Assembly: GCF_009914755.1 (NCBI RefSeq)
Contig: NC_060943.1
Strand: one strand, 5' to 3'
DNA from: the human T2T-CHM13v2.0 reference genome, Homo sapiens
DNA: 64,000 nucleotides
Numbering within the stretch: position 1 is the stretch's first letter; each line of letters starts with the position of its first letter. Under the pieces are notes generated by a model. It was not told the DNA's origin. It was given only the letters and a program-made list of their open reading frames with translations, and ran no database searches. This document shows positions 20,403 through 36,096 of the stretch, one piece after another. The translations under genes were made by a program, and so were the position numbers.

Positions 20403-20803
20403 GGGAGACTTTTCATTTTGTTCTGTACTAAGAAAAATTCTTCTGCCTTGGGATCCTGTTGATCTATGACCTTACCCCCAACCCTGTGCTCTCTGAAACA
20501 TGTGCTGTGTCCACTCAGGGTTAAATGGATTAAGGGCAGTGCAAGATGTGCTTTGTTAAACAGATGCTTGAAGGCAGCATGCTCGTTAAGAGTCATCACC
20601 ACTCCCTAATCTCAAGTACCCAGGGACACAAACACTGCGGAAGGCCGCAGGGTCCTCTGCCTAGGAAAACCAGAGACCTTTGTTCACTTGTTTATCTGCT
20701 GACCTTCCCTCCACTATTGTCCTATGACCCTGCCAAATCCCCCTCTGCGAGAAACACCCAAGAATGATCAATAAAAAAATAATAATAATAATTAAAAAAA
20801 AAA
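20403..20803 (+). mobile_element. 5'-truncated SVA retrotransposon (SINE-R portion + poly-A)
   Basis: HML-2 LTR-derived sequence lacking the 367 bp found at 52825-53191 of the full LTR; AATAAA and A-tail; 16-bp TSD AGAAACTGGCATGTCT (20387-20402, 20804-20819). Confidence 0.93.
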
Positions 20804-21270
20804 AGAAACTGGCATGTCTTAGTGACAAATAGTAGAGTGGGCATGTCCATAATTGAAGTGCTTTAGGAGATATTTTGAGGTTCAGAACTGGGCCCTCTCA
20901 ACTTCCTCAACTACCTGCTCTCCAGCTGTGTGCCACTGTGGGGACACAGAGGGTGATAATAAATGCACCAGCCTGGCAAAACAGCCCCACAAGATGATGG
21001 AATTTGCTACTCTCATTCTCAGACTTGCAGTCAGCTGTGGATATTCTGAGCTACCGTCCCATGATGCTCAGACAAAACAGCAGGCAACCAACTTGCAAGG
21101 TGAACTGGGGACACAAGGGAGATGCAAACCTCTCACCGCACTGTCTTGGCACAGAGTATCCAGGACTACAATCCCCATGATGCTTAAAGAGCAATGGCTG
21201 GGCCAGGCGCGGTGGCTCACGCCTGTAATCCCAGCACTTTGGGAGGCTGAGATGGGCAGATCACCTGTCA

Positions 21271-21480
<210 letters not shown>

Positions 21481-21720
21481 TCAGTCTCAAAAAAAAAAAA
21501 AAAAAGCAATGGCCGAAGACCAGCCTAGAAAGACAGCCCAGACACCTGAGAGGAGCTGGACACCTGATAGGTTCAAGCTCTCTCTCACCTGAGCCCAGCT
21601 GAGATCATTATGGACTACAATACCCATGACACCCAGGGAGCAATGGCCTTGAGAATACGGAAAGACAGCCCTGAGGCCTGATGGGAAACGTAGTCCCCTC
21701 CTTCTCACCTCTCTGCTCAC

Positions 21721-22000
21721 CTGTGTTCTGGGCTCCTGACTCCAGTGCTGGGGACTCCTGGGGGGCTTTCCTCCCCCAGCCTCAGAGGGAGGTCCTCGGC
21801 GGGGAGTAGGGGGTCGGGAGAGGGTCTGGCGTTGGGGGCCCCAATCCAGAGGAGGTCGGACATCAATGCGACTCAACGGGGTGTGAGGTCGGGCAGGGGG
21901 TGCTGTGTCTCCTGAGGGGGCAGGGGGTCGCCGCGCAGGGGCAGAACGGGGACGGGGGAGGCTCAGAGGCGAGGGAGGGCGAGAGAGGGGGGTGAACAGG
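21721..22000 (-). CDS. PLEKHA4: PLEKHA4 exon 8 (LFTPLSRPP...EPRTQ), proline-rich
   Basis: cccacag acceptor, GTGAGC donor, 280 nt. Confidence 0.93.
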
Positions 22001-22329
22001 CTGTGGGAAGGAGAGAATCGGGGAACTGAGTCAACTAGAGCCCTCTCCATCCACCTCCTTACCCATCAAGTCAGCCTCAAGGACATGTCTCACTTCACTG
22101 TGTCTTACTGTCCCACTGGGTTAGAATCCTCCTCTACTGTCCAAATCCTCAGTAATGTCCGCTTTGTGGCATCTTCCCCTCCAGTCTTCTCCCCGACAGG
22201 CTGTGACCCCCACGGGAGCCCCAGCAAGTCACACACACTCAAGCAGAAAGCGCTAAGGCCCGCCCCCAACCAGTTTCCGGCCCTGCCCTTCTCTTAGGCC
22301 ACGCCCACAACCATGTCCTCCCTACTCAC

Positions 22330-22545
22330 TCGGGGCTCCTCGCCCTCCGCATCTGGAGTCCAGAGTGGAGGTCGGTTGTGGGGCTGGGAGTGAGCAGCCT
22401 GGGTCTACCACGACCTCTGGAGAGTCGAGTCACTTCCGGTGATTCTGAGATGCGCCCCTCTTCCCCTCTGCTCACCTCCGGGGGACCACCGGGGCCGCCG
22501 GGGCCCTCCCCGGGCTGGGGTCGTGCAGGTGACCTGGGTTGCCCA
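22330..22545 (-). CDS. PLEKHA4: PLEKHA4 exon 7 (GQPRSPAR...RARSP)
   Basis: ctcgctag acceptor, GTGAGT donor, 216 nt. Confidence 0.92.
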
Positions 22546-23210
22546 CTAGCGAGTGGACATAGACAAGATATCACTCCTTCGAACTTCATAACAGCCCTAT
22601 TCTCTTGTCACAGGTGAGAACACAAGGATGCACCCAAAAAAGGAAAGTTGTGCACTATAAATCATCGTCCCCCTTCTTCAGAAGGGGAAACTGAGGCCTC
22701 CAATGTGAAACTGACCTGTGCGCCAGGCCACAACGTCTATCCAGGTTGCTGGACCCAATGCCCCGGAATATGGGATAGACTCAGCCAGGTAGTCCAGTTT
22801 CCAGCCTGATAATTGGCGCAGGCCATGTCAGAGCCTAAGAGATAGTCTGACATTTTTTTAAAATCTGATACTATCTTTTACCTGGCATTGTTTAGGTGGC
22901 AGCTCAGGGGACTTCAGAAGGAGCCAATCAGAGAGTGTGCAATATTGATCATTCCTGGAGCAGAGCTGAGTGCGTGACTGAAGGGTCAGCTTGGGGGCGG
23001 GGACGGACAAGGTGGTGGGCGGAACTTAAGGGAGAAAGACTTTTGCTGATTGGAAAAGTTCCCTGGAGGTGGGGCCTAGAAGACGAGGCGCCTTAGCTAG
23101 AAGACTGGTGATTGGACACTCAAGGGGGCAGGGCCCCAAAGGGGAGGAGTTGGGATGACGAGACTGACTCAGGGTGGAGGGTCAGGAGCATGGCTTGGAC
23201 CTCTACTCAC

Positions 23211-23320
23211 TAGTCGTCCCCCTCCGCACGGGAGGCCCGGCCCAGCGCCCGTAGCCAGCCCCGCAGGTCTTCTAAGGTGTCAGCGGCCAAAACGTAGGTC
23301 CTCATGCCCGGGTGCTCTGC
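23211..23320 (-). CDS. PLEKHA4: PLEKHA4 exon 6 (AEHPGMRTYVLAAD...EGDD), end of PH domain
   Basis: ttcccgcag acceptor, GTGAGT donor, 110 nt. Confidence 0.95.
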
Positions 23321-23631
23321 CTGCGGGAAGAGAAGGCTTGGAATCCGGACTCCCGGGCCTTGTAAAAAGGAGGACAGGCCGGACCGGTGACTCATTCCAG
23401 TAAACCCAGTGCTTTGGGAGGCCGATGCGGGAGGATGGCTTGAGACCAGCCTAGGCAACATAATGAGACACCCCCCTCCACCTCCTTCCGCCCCCGTCTC
23501 TACAAAAAAATCAAAAAATTAGCCGGACGTGGTGGAGCGCACCTGTAGTCCCAGCTACCGGGGAGACTGAGGCAGGAAGACTGCACTTTGCGTCGCTGCA
23601 CGCCAGCCTGGGTGACAGAGCAAGACCGTCA

Positions 23632-24172
<541 letters not shown>

Positions 24173-24261
24173 TTAGGACTTGGAGTTTCCTCGACAGATA
24201 TCTACCCGCCCTCATCTCCAGTTCCCATCGCCTGGTGCACAACATGGATGGATGGACTCAC

Positions 24262-24362
24262 GGTGAAGGTGAAGCGCCGCCCTCGGGGGGCTCCCGGCCC
24301 ATCTGGTCTAATATTGTAGCTGGGGAGCAGGACGCTGCCTAGGACACTCTCCTCGCGGCTGT
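24262..24362 (-). CDS. PLEKHA4: PLEKHA4 exon 5 (SREESVLGSVLLPSY...FTFT), PH domain
   Basis: tttgcag acceptor, GTGAGT donor, 101 nt. Confidence 0.95.
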
Positions 24363-24480
24363 CTGCAAAGAGGGGCTGGGGTCAAGGATCACACAGGGAT
24401 CAGAAGGCCAAGATGCTAGAGAGAAGGGCAGACTGGGCGGGGGGGCCCTCCCACCCCAAGCCAGCCAGCCAGCCACTGAC

Positions 24481-24553
24481 CCTTGTAATAAAAGAGGCAA
24501 TGGCCGGAGAGGACGAACCAGCGGCGTTTCCAGAGACGGAGCCCCGAGCTGTC
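24481..24553 (-). CDS. PLEKHA4: PLEKHA4 exon 4 ([24 protein letters not shown]), PH domain
   Basis: ctccccag acceptor, GTCAGT donor, 73 nt; [10 protein letters not shown] signature. Confidence 0.96.
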
Positions 24554-25101
24554 CTGGGGAGAGAGATGGGAGGAGGGGCCTGAGTAAAGGGAAACAGAAA
24601 AAGGGGATGAAGGCAGTGACGATGGGGACAGAGAGCCAGAGAGAGAAAGAAACTTGGAGAGAGGAGAACAGAGACATAAAGTAGGGATCAAGAGAGTGGG
24701 GTGAGGCCGAGCACAATGGCTCACGCCTGTAATCCCAGCACTTAGAGAGGCCAAGGCAGGTGGATCACTCAATTCCAGGAGTTTGAGACCAGCTTGGGTA
24801 ACATGGCGAAACCCCATCTCTACTACTAAAAAAAAAAATTAGCCAGGTGTGGTGGCGCGTGCCTGTAGCCCCAGCTACTCCGGAGGCTGAGGAGGGAGGA
24901 TCACTTGAGCCTGGGAGTGGGGTGGAGGCACAGGAGAAAGACCCAGAGAGACAGAAGAGACAGAGACACATGTTTGGGGCAATGGAGTGGATAAGAAGGA
25001 GAGCTGGAAGCCCTCTGAACATGATAGAATAGAATAGTAGCCCTACTTCTTTTCTTTTCTCTCTCTTTTTTTTTTTTTTTTGACAGAGTCTTGCTCTGTA
25101 G

Positions 25102-25610
<509 letters not shown>

Positions 25611-26019
25611 TGATCTGCCTGCCTCGGCCTCCCAAAGTGCTGGGATTACAGGCGTGAGCCACCGCACCCAGCCCCCACTTTCAAACTATGCTCTGGAACA
25701 AGTCATTTCCGCCTAGAATCCACCTTCATGTTTTCTCGTCTATCCGCTGGAGATTGAGAAGTTTTAGGGAGGTTTGGATGAGACATGGACCACATATGGG
25801 CAGACTTTAGCTGCAGAGACTTAGTCCAATTATTCTGGAGCCTGAGACACAGAGAGGCCAGGAAGGTGGCAATGAGCCATGACCCAAATGCAGCGTCTCC
25901 ACCTGCCTGAACTACTCATCGCCTCTGCCTGAACTACTCCACTAACTATCTCCAACCTCGTGTGCCTCTTCTCCTCAACCCATTCCCATAGAAGCCCACA
26001 TGATCTTTTAAAATTATAA

Positions 26020-26238
<219 letters not shown>

Positions 26239-26285
26239 TGAGTAGCTGGGACTACAGGTGCCTGCCACCATGCAGGCTAATTTAG

Positions 26286-26535
<250 letters not shown>

Positions 26536-26746
26536 TGATCCGCCCACCTCGGCCTCCCAAAGTGCTGAGATTACAGGAGTGAGCCACCACGCCCAGCCTA
26601 ATTTTTGTATTTTTAGTAGAGATGGGGTTTCACCATATTGGCCAGGCTTGTCTCGAACTCTTGACCTTGTGATCCACCTGCCTCGACCTCCCGAAGTGCT
26701 GGGATTACAGGCGTCAGCCATCGTGCCCAGCCCATGTACTGCTTTG

Positions 26747-26934
26747 CAGAGAGTTTTGAGTTTGAAGGTGCATAAGAATCACCAGGAAGGTGTGTTAAAA
26801 CACAGATTCTGGGGCCCCATCCCCAGAGTTCCTGATTTGGCAAATCTATGATGGTACCTCATCATTTGCCTTTCTAGCAAGTCCCCAGATGACGCTGATG
26901 CTGCTGGTCTGGGACCACACTTTGAGAACCACTG
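26747..26934. mobile_element. MER5A-type hAT DNA transposon MITE
   Basis: agaatcacc...gttaaaacacagatt...ctgctggtctgggaccacactttgagaaccactg. Confidence 0.75.
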
Positions 26935-27481
26935 CTCTGCTGCTCCTCCTGGCTTCTTCCCCTGGCCTCACTTGACACCAAGGTTTTGCCTGCTGCAGAC
27001 CTTTTCCTTTTGGATGCGATCTGCCTCCAGGTCTTTTTTTTTTTTTTGACATGGAGTCTCACTCCATCATCCAGGCTGGAGTGCAATGGCGCAACCTCGG
27101 CTCACTGCAACCTCCACCTCCCAGATTCAAATTTTCCTTGTCTCAGCCTCCCAAGTAGTTGGGATTACAGGCACCCCCAAGCTGGCCCGGCTAATTTTTG
27201 TATTTTTTAGTAGAGCCAGGGTTTCGCCATGTTGACCAGGCTGGTCTTGAACTCCTGACCTCAGGTGATCCGCCCGCCTCAGCCTCCCAAAGCGTTTGAA
27301 TTACCGGCATGACCCACTATGCTCAGCCAGCTCAAATGTCACCTCAGAGATAATTTTCCCTGACCAAATGTCAAATTGAAGTTCTCCTCTCTCAGCCACG
27401 TTCAAGCACATCATATTCCGTTTTTTTGTTTTTGTTTTTGAGACAGGGTCTCACTCTGTCACCCAGGCTGGTGTGCAGTGA

Positions 27482-27619
<138 letters not shown>

Positions 27620-28363
27620 TGAGGTTTCTTCATGTTGCCCAGGCTGGTCTAGAATTCCTAAGCTCAAGCGATCTTCCCGTCTTGGCCTCCCAAAATGCTG
27701 GGGTTACACCACTGAACCTGGACCCTATGTTACTTCTTCATAGCCCATCCTGCGATCTGAAATGACCAAGTCCATTTATTTATTTACTAATTTATTATCC
27801 ACCCATGCTCCACCCAATCTGGAATGTAATATAAATACTTTTGTGTTATTTGCATGGTGTGTGCCCTGGGATTGGGAACACTGTAAGTGTTCAAGAAGTA
27901 GTCAAGAAAGAATGAATGAATGGGCCAGGCACGGTGGCTCACGCCTGTAATCCCAGCATTTTAGGGAGCCGAGGCGGGTGGATCACTTGAGGTCGGGAGT
28001 TTCAGACCACCCTGGCCAACATGATAAAACCCCATCTCTACTAAAAATACAAATATTAGCTAGGCATGATGGTGCATGCCTGTAAGCCCAGCTACTCGGG
28101 AGGCTGAGGCACGAGAATTGCTTGAACTGGAGGCCAGAGGTTGCATTGAGCCGAGATCATACCACTGCCCTCCAGCCTGGGCGACAGAAAGAGACTCTGT
28201 CTTAAAAATAAATAAATAAACAAACAAACAAACAATGACGGACTAAGGGGAGGGGCAGTGATAGCAAGAAAAAGAAAGCCTATTTGGGGACTTGCAAGGA
28301 GAGAGACAGAGGACAGCCGGGGCACAGACTTCAGTGTCCTTTTCCTTCTCCTACTGACCCCAC

Positions 28364-28471
28364 CTGCTTATGAAGCCAGCCTCGGATGTGCACGGGAAGG
28401 TTGGGATCCCTCCTGAGCGCATTGCCTCTCTTCCCAAAGGCGTGGATCTTGTTTACTGCCCGGGTGGGCTT
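28364..28471 (-). CDS. PLEKHA4: PLEKHA4 exon 3 (KPTRAVNKIH...GWLHKQ)
   Basis: ctcctcag acceptor, GTGGGG donor, 108 nt. Confidence 0.95.
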
Positions 28472-28687
28472 CTGAGGAGAGAAGGGGACAGAAGTGAACA
28501 GGGAGAGCCTAGGATGGTCCTGGGAGGGGGTGAGGGTGGACACAGGCAACCGTAGGCTCTCGCTTGGCTGCCCTGAGAAATGGGTCAAGGACCAGCCGGG
28601 CGCAGTGGCTCACACCTGTAATCCCAGCACTTTCGGAGGCTGAGACGGGTGGATCACGAGGTCAGGAGATCGAGACCATCCTGGCTA

Positions 28688-28951
<264 letters not shown>

Positions 28952-29187
28952 TTATTGCAGAGTTAAGAGACTCTTTTTTTTTTGACAGGCTCTTTGGAGT
29001 GCAGTAGCCTAAACACTGCAGCCTTTACCTCCTGGACTCAGGTGATCCTCCAGCCTCAGCCTCCCATGTAGCTGGGACCACAGGCATGTCCCACCATGCC
29101 CAGCTAATTTTTTTACTTTTTGTAGGGGACGGGGGTCTCACTTTGTTGCCCAGGCTGGGAGAGACTCTTTTTTTCTTTTTCTTTTGA

Positions 29188-29295
<108 letters not shown>

Positions 29296-30397
29296 TAGCT
29301 GAGATTGCAGGCACGTGCCACCACGCCTGGCTAATTTTTGTATTTTTAGCAGAGACGCGGTTTCGCCATGTCAGTCAGGCTGCTCTTGAACTCCTGACCT
29401 CAGGTGATCCACCCGCCTCAGCCTCTTAAAGTGCTGGGATTATAGGCGTGAGCCACTGCGCCGGGCCGAGACTCTTTTTTTGATGGGCAGAGGGAGGTGT
29501 TCAGAGGCAAGGAAGAGGCTGTAGGGAAGCAATTTGGGGATCAAGCATCCACTGCCAAGAAGCAGATGCCCTTGGCCACCAGAGCCAGAGCTGTAGTAGG
29601 TCCTTTGGGATCTGAACTGGGACTATGGGCTGGGAGGGCCCCATAATCAGGGGGAACTCTCACGCTGAGTCTCCAGTGAATCAAAGGATGCCCTGGTGCC
29701 CTGCGGTCACACCCCTTAGCAACCAAGTACAAGGAGAGGAAGCCTCAAATCCCTCCATCCTGCCCGGATGGAGCCTCATCTCCTGATGCCCACAGATATC
29801 TCAGGCATCCTTAGCCAGGTCCCGACAATATGCCCTTCCTTGGAAGCGGTGGTACTGACCAAGGCTGAGATCAGATCTCTGGGCTCTGAACTTGAGAAAC
29901 AATATGTGTGGAACGGCAGGAGGAAAAAGAAATGAGTGTCTCCCTAAGCTTTTGGCTGGGATGCCGATTTGGGATGCAAGTATCTGGAGGCCCCTTGGGT
30001 CTTATTGTCAGAGAAGGGTCTCTCCTTATAGGATTTCATTAGTGGGTAGATTGGATGGCGAGAGATAGGACAGCAAGTTCTGGCACTAATCAAGAGCAGC
30101 CACTACTTCTCAGAACTCGAGGGGCCTCATGGCTGGGGAGCGGCTTTATCTTAGCAACCAGGGTCAAGGGAGGTTGTTACTCTGGTTTAGAATTAGGAAA
30201 ATACAAAGGGTGGGGACAGAGCTGGGAGTGCCTCTGAATTCCTAGCTGCGGTGTGTAGGCAATTTGGGACCTTACTATGTCTGGCAGACCCCGTTGCTAA
30301 GGATCTTTGTCCTTAACAACCAGAGTCCTTGGGGAAACAGAAGGATGGGCGGCCCAGAGCCCCACCTTCCTCCCCATCCCCGCCAGGAAGCTCAAAC

Positions 30398-30481
30398 CTT
30401 GGGGCTCAGGCTGCTGAGCGAGGAGATGGTGGAGGCGCTGCTGGCCAGGCTCAGGCTGCTGCGAGGTCGGCTCCCCTCCAT
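30398..30481 (-). CDS. PLEKHA4: PLEKHA4 exon 2 coding part (MEGSRPRSS...LSPK)
   Basis: ATG at 30481-30479, acceptor at 30488-30489, GTTTGA donor. Confidence 0.93.
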
Positions 30482-31019
30482 CAAGGGCTGGGGGAGAGAA
30501 AGAAAGGGGCTGTGTCTCTGCAGTGACGGGTGTGAGACAGAGATGGGGTCAGGGGCTTGGAGGTCGGAGGAGGCTGCAGAGAAAGAGCCTGTTGTTTCGG
30601 GACTTGGGGGGCTGGGGGAGGCCATGGCCCGTGACCACATACCAAGAGTGGTGCCAAGAGAGGTAGGCGGCCCTGGCAGCTGCGGGAGGGGGCAGCTGTC
30701 TGCAGCCCAGGCCAGAGAATAGGGGCTTCTTTATTCCTGCCCACTGCACTCAGGCCAGGAATTTGACCCTCTCTGTGCTTAGGGACTCCCCATTCCCTGC
30801 CTCCTTCCGGCTGCCCCAGGCTACCTGTCTCCCGCCCTCCCACATGCACCCCCAAACCACCCCTGCCAACTCCCCAAGCCAAGCCCTGCGGCACCAGGAA
30901 TGTGAACCCAGAGAGCCCCTCCCAGCCCAGCCAGGGAACTTACCCAGCTCTGGGGTCCCAGTGACGGGGGGGCAAGAGGACGGTGTGGGTGCTGCGGCAC
31001 CTAGGCAGTCTCCCGCCTC

Positions 31020-31475
31020 CTTTGTCTCTTAGCTGCTGTCTCTCATAGTTCTCAGTCTCTCTCCTCACCTGCTCACTCACACTTTTTGTCTCTTTGTCTC
31101 CTGTCTCTTACGGTCTCTCTCTCTCTCTCTTCCTTTTACACTACCTCTCTCCCCACTCTCACTTTCTGTGTCTCCCTCTGATCTCTGTCTCTTCCAGTCT
31201 CTCTCTCACTCATTCTCTCCCTCTCTCTCTCTCTCCAATCTTTCTGTTTCTGTCCAAATCTTTTATTGTCAGACTCACAGGGTCTCTTCCTTAAGTCTCT
31301 GTCTCATTCTCTCTCTCTCTCTCTCTCTGTCTCTCAGTCATCCCCTGTGTCCTCTCTCCTTCACACTCAGTCTCTTCCTCTTTCTCTCTGGCTCTGCCGT
31401 TTCCTCCCTTTTCTCTTTCCGATTTCCCTTCTCACTTTCTCCCTTCCTCCCTCTCCCAGTTTCTCTTTCCTCTCT
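31020..31475 (+). repeat. CT-rich homopyrimidine low-complexity tract
   Basis: About 450 bp dominated by C/T with (CT)n runs. Confidence 0.9.
31458..31470 (+). promoter_or_regulatory. ISRE-like element near PLEKHA4 TSS
   Basis: AGTTTCTCTTTCC matches AGTTTCNNTTTCC, but lies in a pyrimidine-rich background. Confidence 0.45.
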
Positions 31476-32345
31476 GCTGGTCTTTCCCTGCCTCTGCCAG
31501 CCGCCCACGCTGCTGTTCTCCCCTCCCAATCCCGGCTGTCCCCGCCCCTTCTGGCCTCCCCACTACAGCCTGACCTCTGGCTCAGCTGCCCCCATAGCTG
31601 AAGGGAGGGGCTTGGGCCCCCCAATTCCCAGGTCCCCTAAGGACCAAGGTTGGGACTTCTCAGTGTTTGGAGAGTTGGACTTGAGGCCTGCACTCCAGGG
31701 CCCCCGTGGGTTTGCTGCTGTGGTTGGGGGCCTGAGCCACTGGTGTCCTAAACGGAGGAGGCTTGTGTCCTGCAAGGGGTGGGGACTCAAATTTCCAAAG
31801 CCCTGGAGGGAATGGGTTAGGGATCCAGACTCCTGGGTGCCCGAGAAGGTCTGAGCTAGGATCAGGACTCCTGAGTCGTGAAAGAGCTGGGGGTCTGGAA
31901 ACATGGCTGTGCTTGGAAGGGGCCAGGGACGGTTTGTCCAGGTCCCCTAGGGAGAAAAGGGGATGGTCCCAGTAGGGCAGGGTGAAATGGAGAGTTCCAA
32001 ACCTCCACCTCAGATCCAGGTGAGAATTCTCTTCTAGACTGAGGACAACTCCCTCAGGAGAGAGACATGATTCCTTGGTATATTTTGAGGAACAAGATTA
32101 TGCATCCGTAGGCAGGGGAGGAGAGCGGGGGGCTGGAACTGTCACCCAGGGCCTGGAACTTGTAGCAGAAGCGCCCCCACCCGCACAAAGAGTGCCACCC
32201 AGGCAGAATCGCGGCTTGTGGGGGCAGAGCTACTGCCTAAGTCTGAAGCAGATGACACCCAGGAGTGGAGCCTTGTGCCTGTGACCGGGAAGGAATCTGA
32301 GCTTTCGGTTTAACTGCCATTCACCATGCACCTGTTGAGCACCTA

Positions 32346-32516
<171 letters not shown>

Positions 32517-32527
32517 TTAGAAAATGA

Positions 32528-32653
<126 letters not shown>

Positions 32654-32656
32654 TGA

Positions 32657-32941
<285 letters not shown>

Positions 32942-33117
32942 TGATCCACCTGCCTCAGCGTCCCAAAGTGCTAGGATTACAGGCGTGAGCCACCGCGCTC
33001 AGCCTAATTACTTTTTTTTGAAAAGCATTGAGCCCAGCAAAGTGCCTGATCTCATAGTGCTTACATCCTCATTCTCATTTGCAAGGAATCTGGACCCTGC
33101 TGTGACTATCTTGGTCA

Positions 33118-33531
<414 letters not shown>

Positions 33532-33629
33532 TCACCTGAGGTCAGGAGTTCAAGACCAGCCTGGTCGGCCGGGTGCGGTGGCTCACACCTGTAATCCCAG
33601 CACTTTGGGAGGCCGAGGCGGGTGGATCA

Positions 33630-33974
<345 letters not shown>

Positions 33975-34259
33975 TCAGGCAGGAGAATCGCTGGAACCCA
34001 GGAGGTGGAGGTTGCAGTGAACCGAGATGGCGCCACTGAACTCCAGCCTGGGCGACAGAGTGAGACGCCTACTCAAAAAATAAATAGGCTGGGTGCAGTA
34101 GCTCACGCCTATAATCCTAACACTTTGGGAAGCCGAGGCAGGCAGACTGCCTGAGCTCAGGAGTTCGAGAACAGCCTGGGCAACATGGCGAAACACTGTC
34201 TCTACTAAAAATACAAAAAATTAGCTGAGTGTGGTAGTGCGTGCCTGTAATCCCAGCTA

Positions 34260-34979
<720 letters not shown>

Positions 34980-35100
34980 TCAAAATAACTAACTAAATAA
35001 ATAAATAAATTGGGGTGGGAAGGCATTGACCCTGAGCTGAGAGAGAACTGGCTCGCTGTTGAAGCAGGGCCACGCATTTGATTGACAGTTCGTTTGTTGG

Positions 35101-35260
35101 AGGGGCGTGGTCACGCTCGGAAACTCCGCCGTGACGTTGCAAAAGCTGGAATCTCCGCGAGAAGTCCTGTCTTACTTCCACTTCCCACCCTTCGGGTTGC
35201 GGTCTCGAAACCCCGCCTCTCTTCGTGACGTCAGCACGCCGGGCGCGGTAGGCTATAAAA
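35101..35260 (+). promoter_or_regulatory. PPP1R15A: PPP1R15A promoter: GC boxes, TGACGT/TTGCAA composite, palindromic CRE/ATF site, TATA box
   Basis: TGACGT 35132-35137 overlapping TTGCAA 35137-35142; TGACGTCA 35226-35233; TATAAAA 35254-35260; CpG-rich. Confidence 0.88.
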
Positions 35261-35317
35261 GCCTAGTGGCCATTGTGTTCGTTGCTCTTATCGGTTCCCA
35301 TCCCAGTTGTTGATCTT

Positions 35318-35386
35318 ATGCAAGACGCTGCACGACCCCGCGCCCGCTTGTCGCCACGGCACTTGAGGCAGCCGGAGATACTCTGA
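35318..35386 (+). CDS. PPP1R15A uORF1, 22 aa (MQDAARPRARLSPRHLRQPEIL)
   Basis: ATG 35318 in weak context, TGA 35384-35386; GADD34 5' leader uORFs are established. Confidence 0.8.
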   Translation: MQDAARPRARLSPRHLRQPEIL

Positions 35387-35416
35387 GTTACTCGGAGCCC
35401 GACGCCTGAGGGTGAG

Positions 35417-35497
35417 ATGAACGCGCTGGCCTCCCTAACCGTCCGGACCTGTGATCGCTTCTGGCAGACCGAACCGGCGCTCCTGCCCCCGGGGTGA
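35417..35497 (+). CDS. PPP1R15A inhibitory uORF2, 26 aa (MNALASLTVRTCDRFWQTEPALLPPG)
   Basis: ATG 35417; ends Pro-Pro-Gly-TGA, the known inhibitory uORF bypassed on eIF2-alpha phosphorylation. Confidence 0.88.
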   Translation: MNALASLTVRTCDRFWQTEPALLPPG

Positions 35498-36096
35498 CGC
35501 GCAGCTCCCAGCCGGTGAGTAAGGGGTCGGAACGCCTGGGTCCCCACGGGGCTGGGGGCCCGGATTTAGAAAGGAGAAGGGGTTGGGAGCCTGGAGTCCT
35601 GAGCCTGAGGGAGGAGGGATCTGGAAGCCAGATTCTTGGGTCCCCCGTGAAGGAATCATCTGCCAAGTAGGGGGTCGGGTCAGAATGTTTCAGTCTGCGA
35701 GGGAGGAGGGTGTGAGGGTTTGATTTGTCAATCTTCAGCAGAATGAGAGAGCTAGGGACTATGACTTTGTCGCCAAGGGAAGCAAGTAAAGACTTTTGTT
35801 CTTGGTTCTTGGGACTGGGAGTTCTGCGTCTGAAGAAAGAGAGGGCTGGGGGCTTGGACCCTTGGATCTAAGGCAGAACTAGGGGCTCAGACTCCTGGCT
35901 ATTGAGAGATAAGAACAGAGCCAAGGGACAGAGATGGGCGTGGCCGAGATCAGAAAGGAATTTGGGACTCTCGCGTTGCTATTTACAATAGTTGTGTTAC
36001 TATTTCCGTTGCTATGACTCATAGTCACGCCCGGATGCCATCCTCTAAATGGCCCCTAAACTTTATTTTTTTCTCCCCCTTTTCCAGCCCAGACAC

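Larger units (their letters stand above)
30944..31480 (-). other. PLEKHA4: PLEKHA4 non-coding exon 1 (GA-rich 5' UTR); 5' boundary approximate
   Basis: Strong donor CTGG|GTAAGT at 30942-30943; TSS cannot be fixed from sequence alone. Confidence 0.6.
35283..35514 (+). other. PPP1R15A: PPP1R15A non-coding exon 1 (start approximate)
   Basis: Begins about 25-30 nt after the TATA box; donor CCG|GTGAGT at 35515. Confidence 0.85.

Noticed and set aside
31168-31854. 228-aa Leu/Ser-rich ORF
   Set aside because: An artefact of the CT-rich tract lacking stop codons.
36049-36096. Upstream in-frame ATG extending the GADD34 ORF to 635 aa
   Set aside because: It lies in intron 1, upstream of the acceptor at 36086-36087; the spliced start is 36097.
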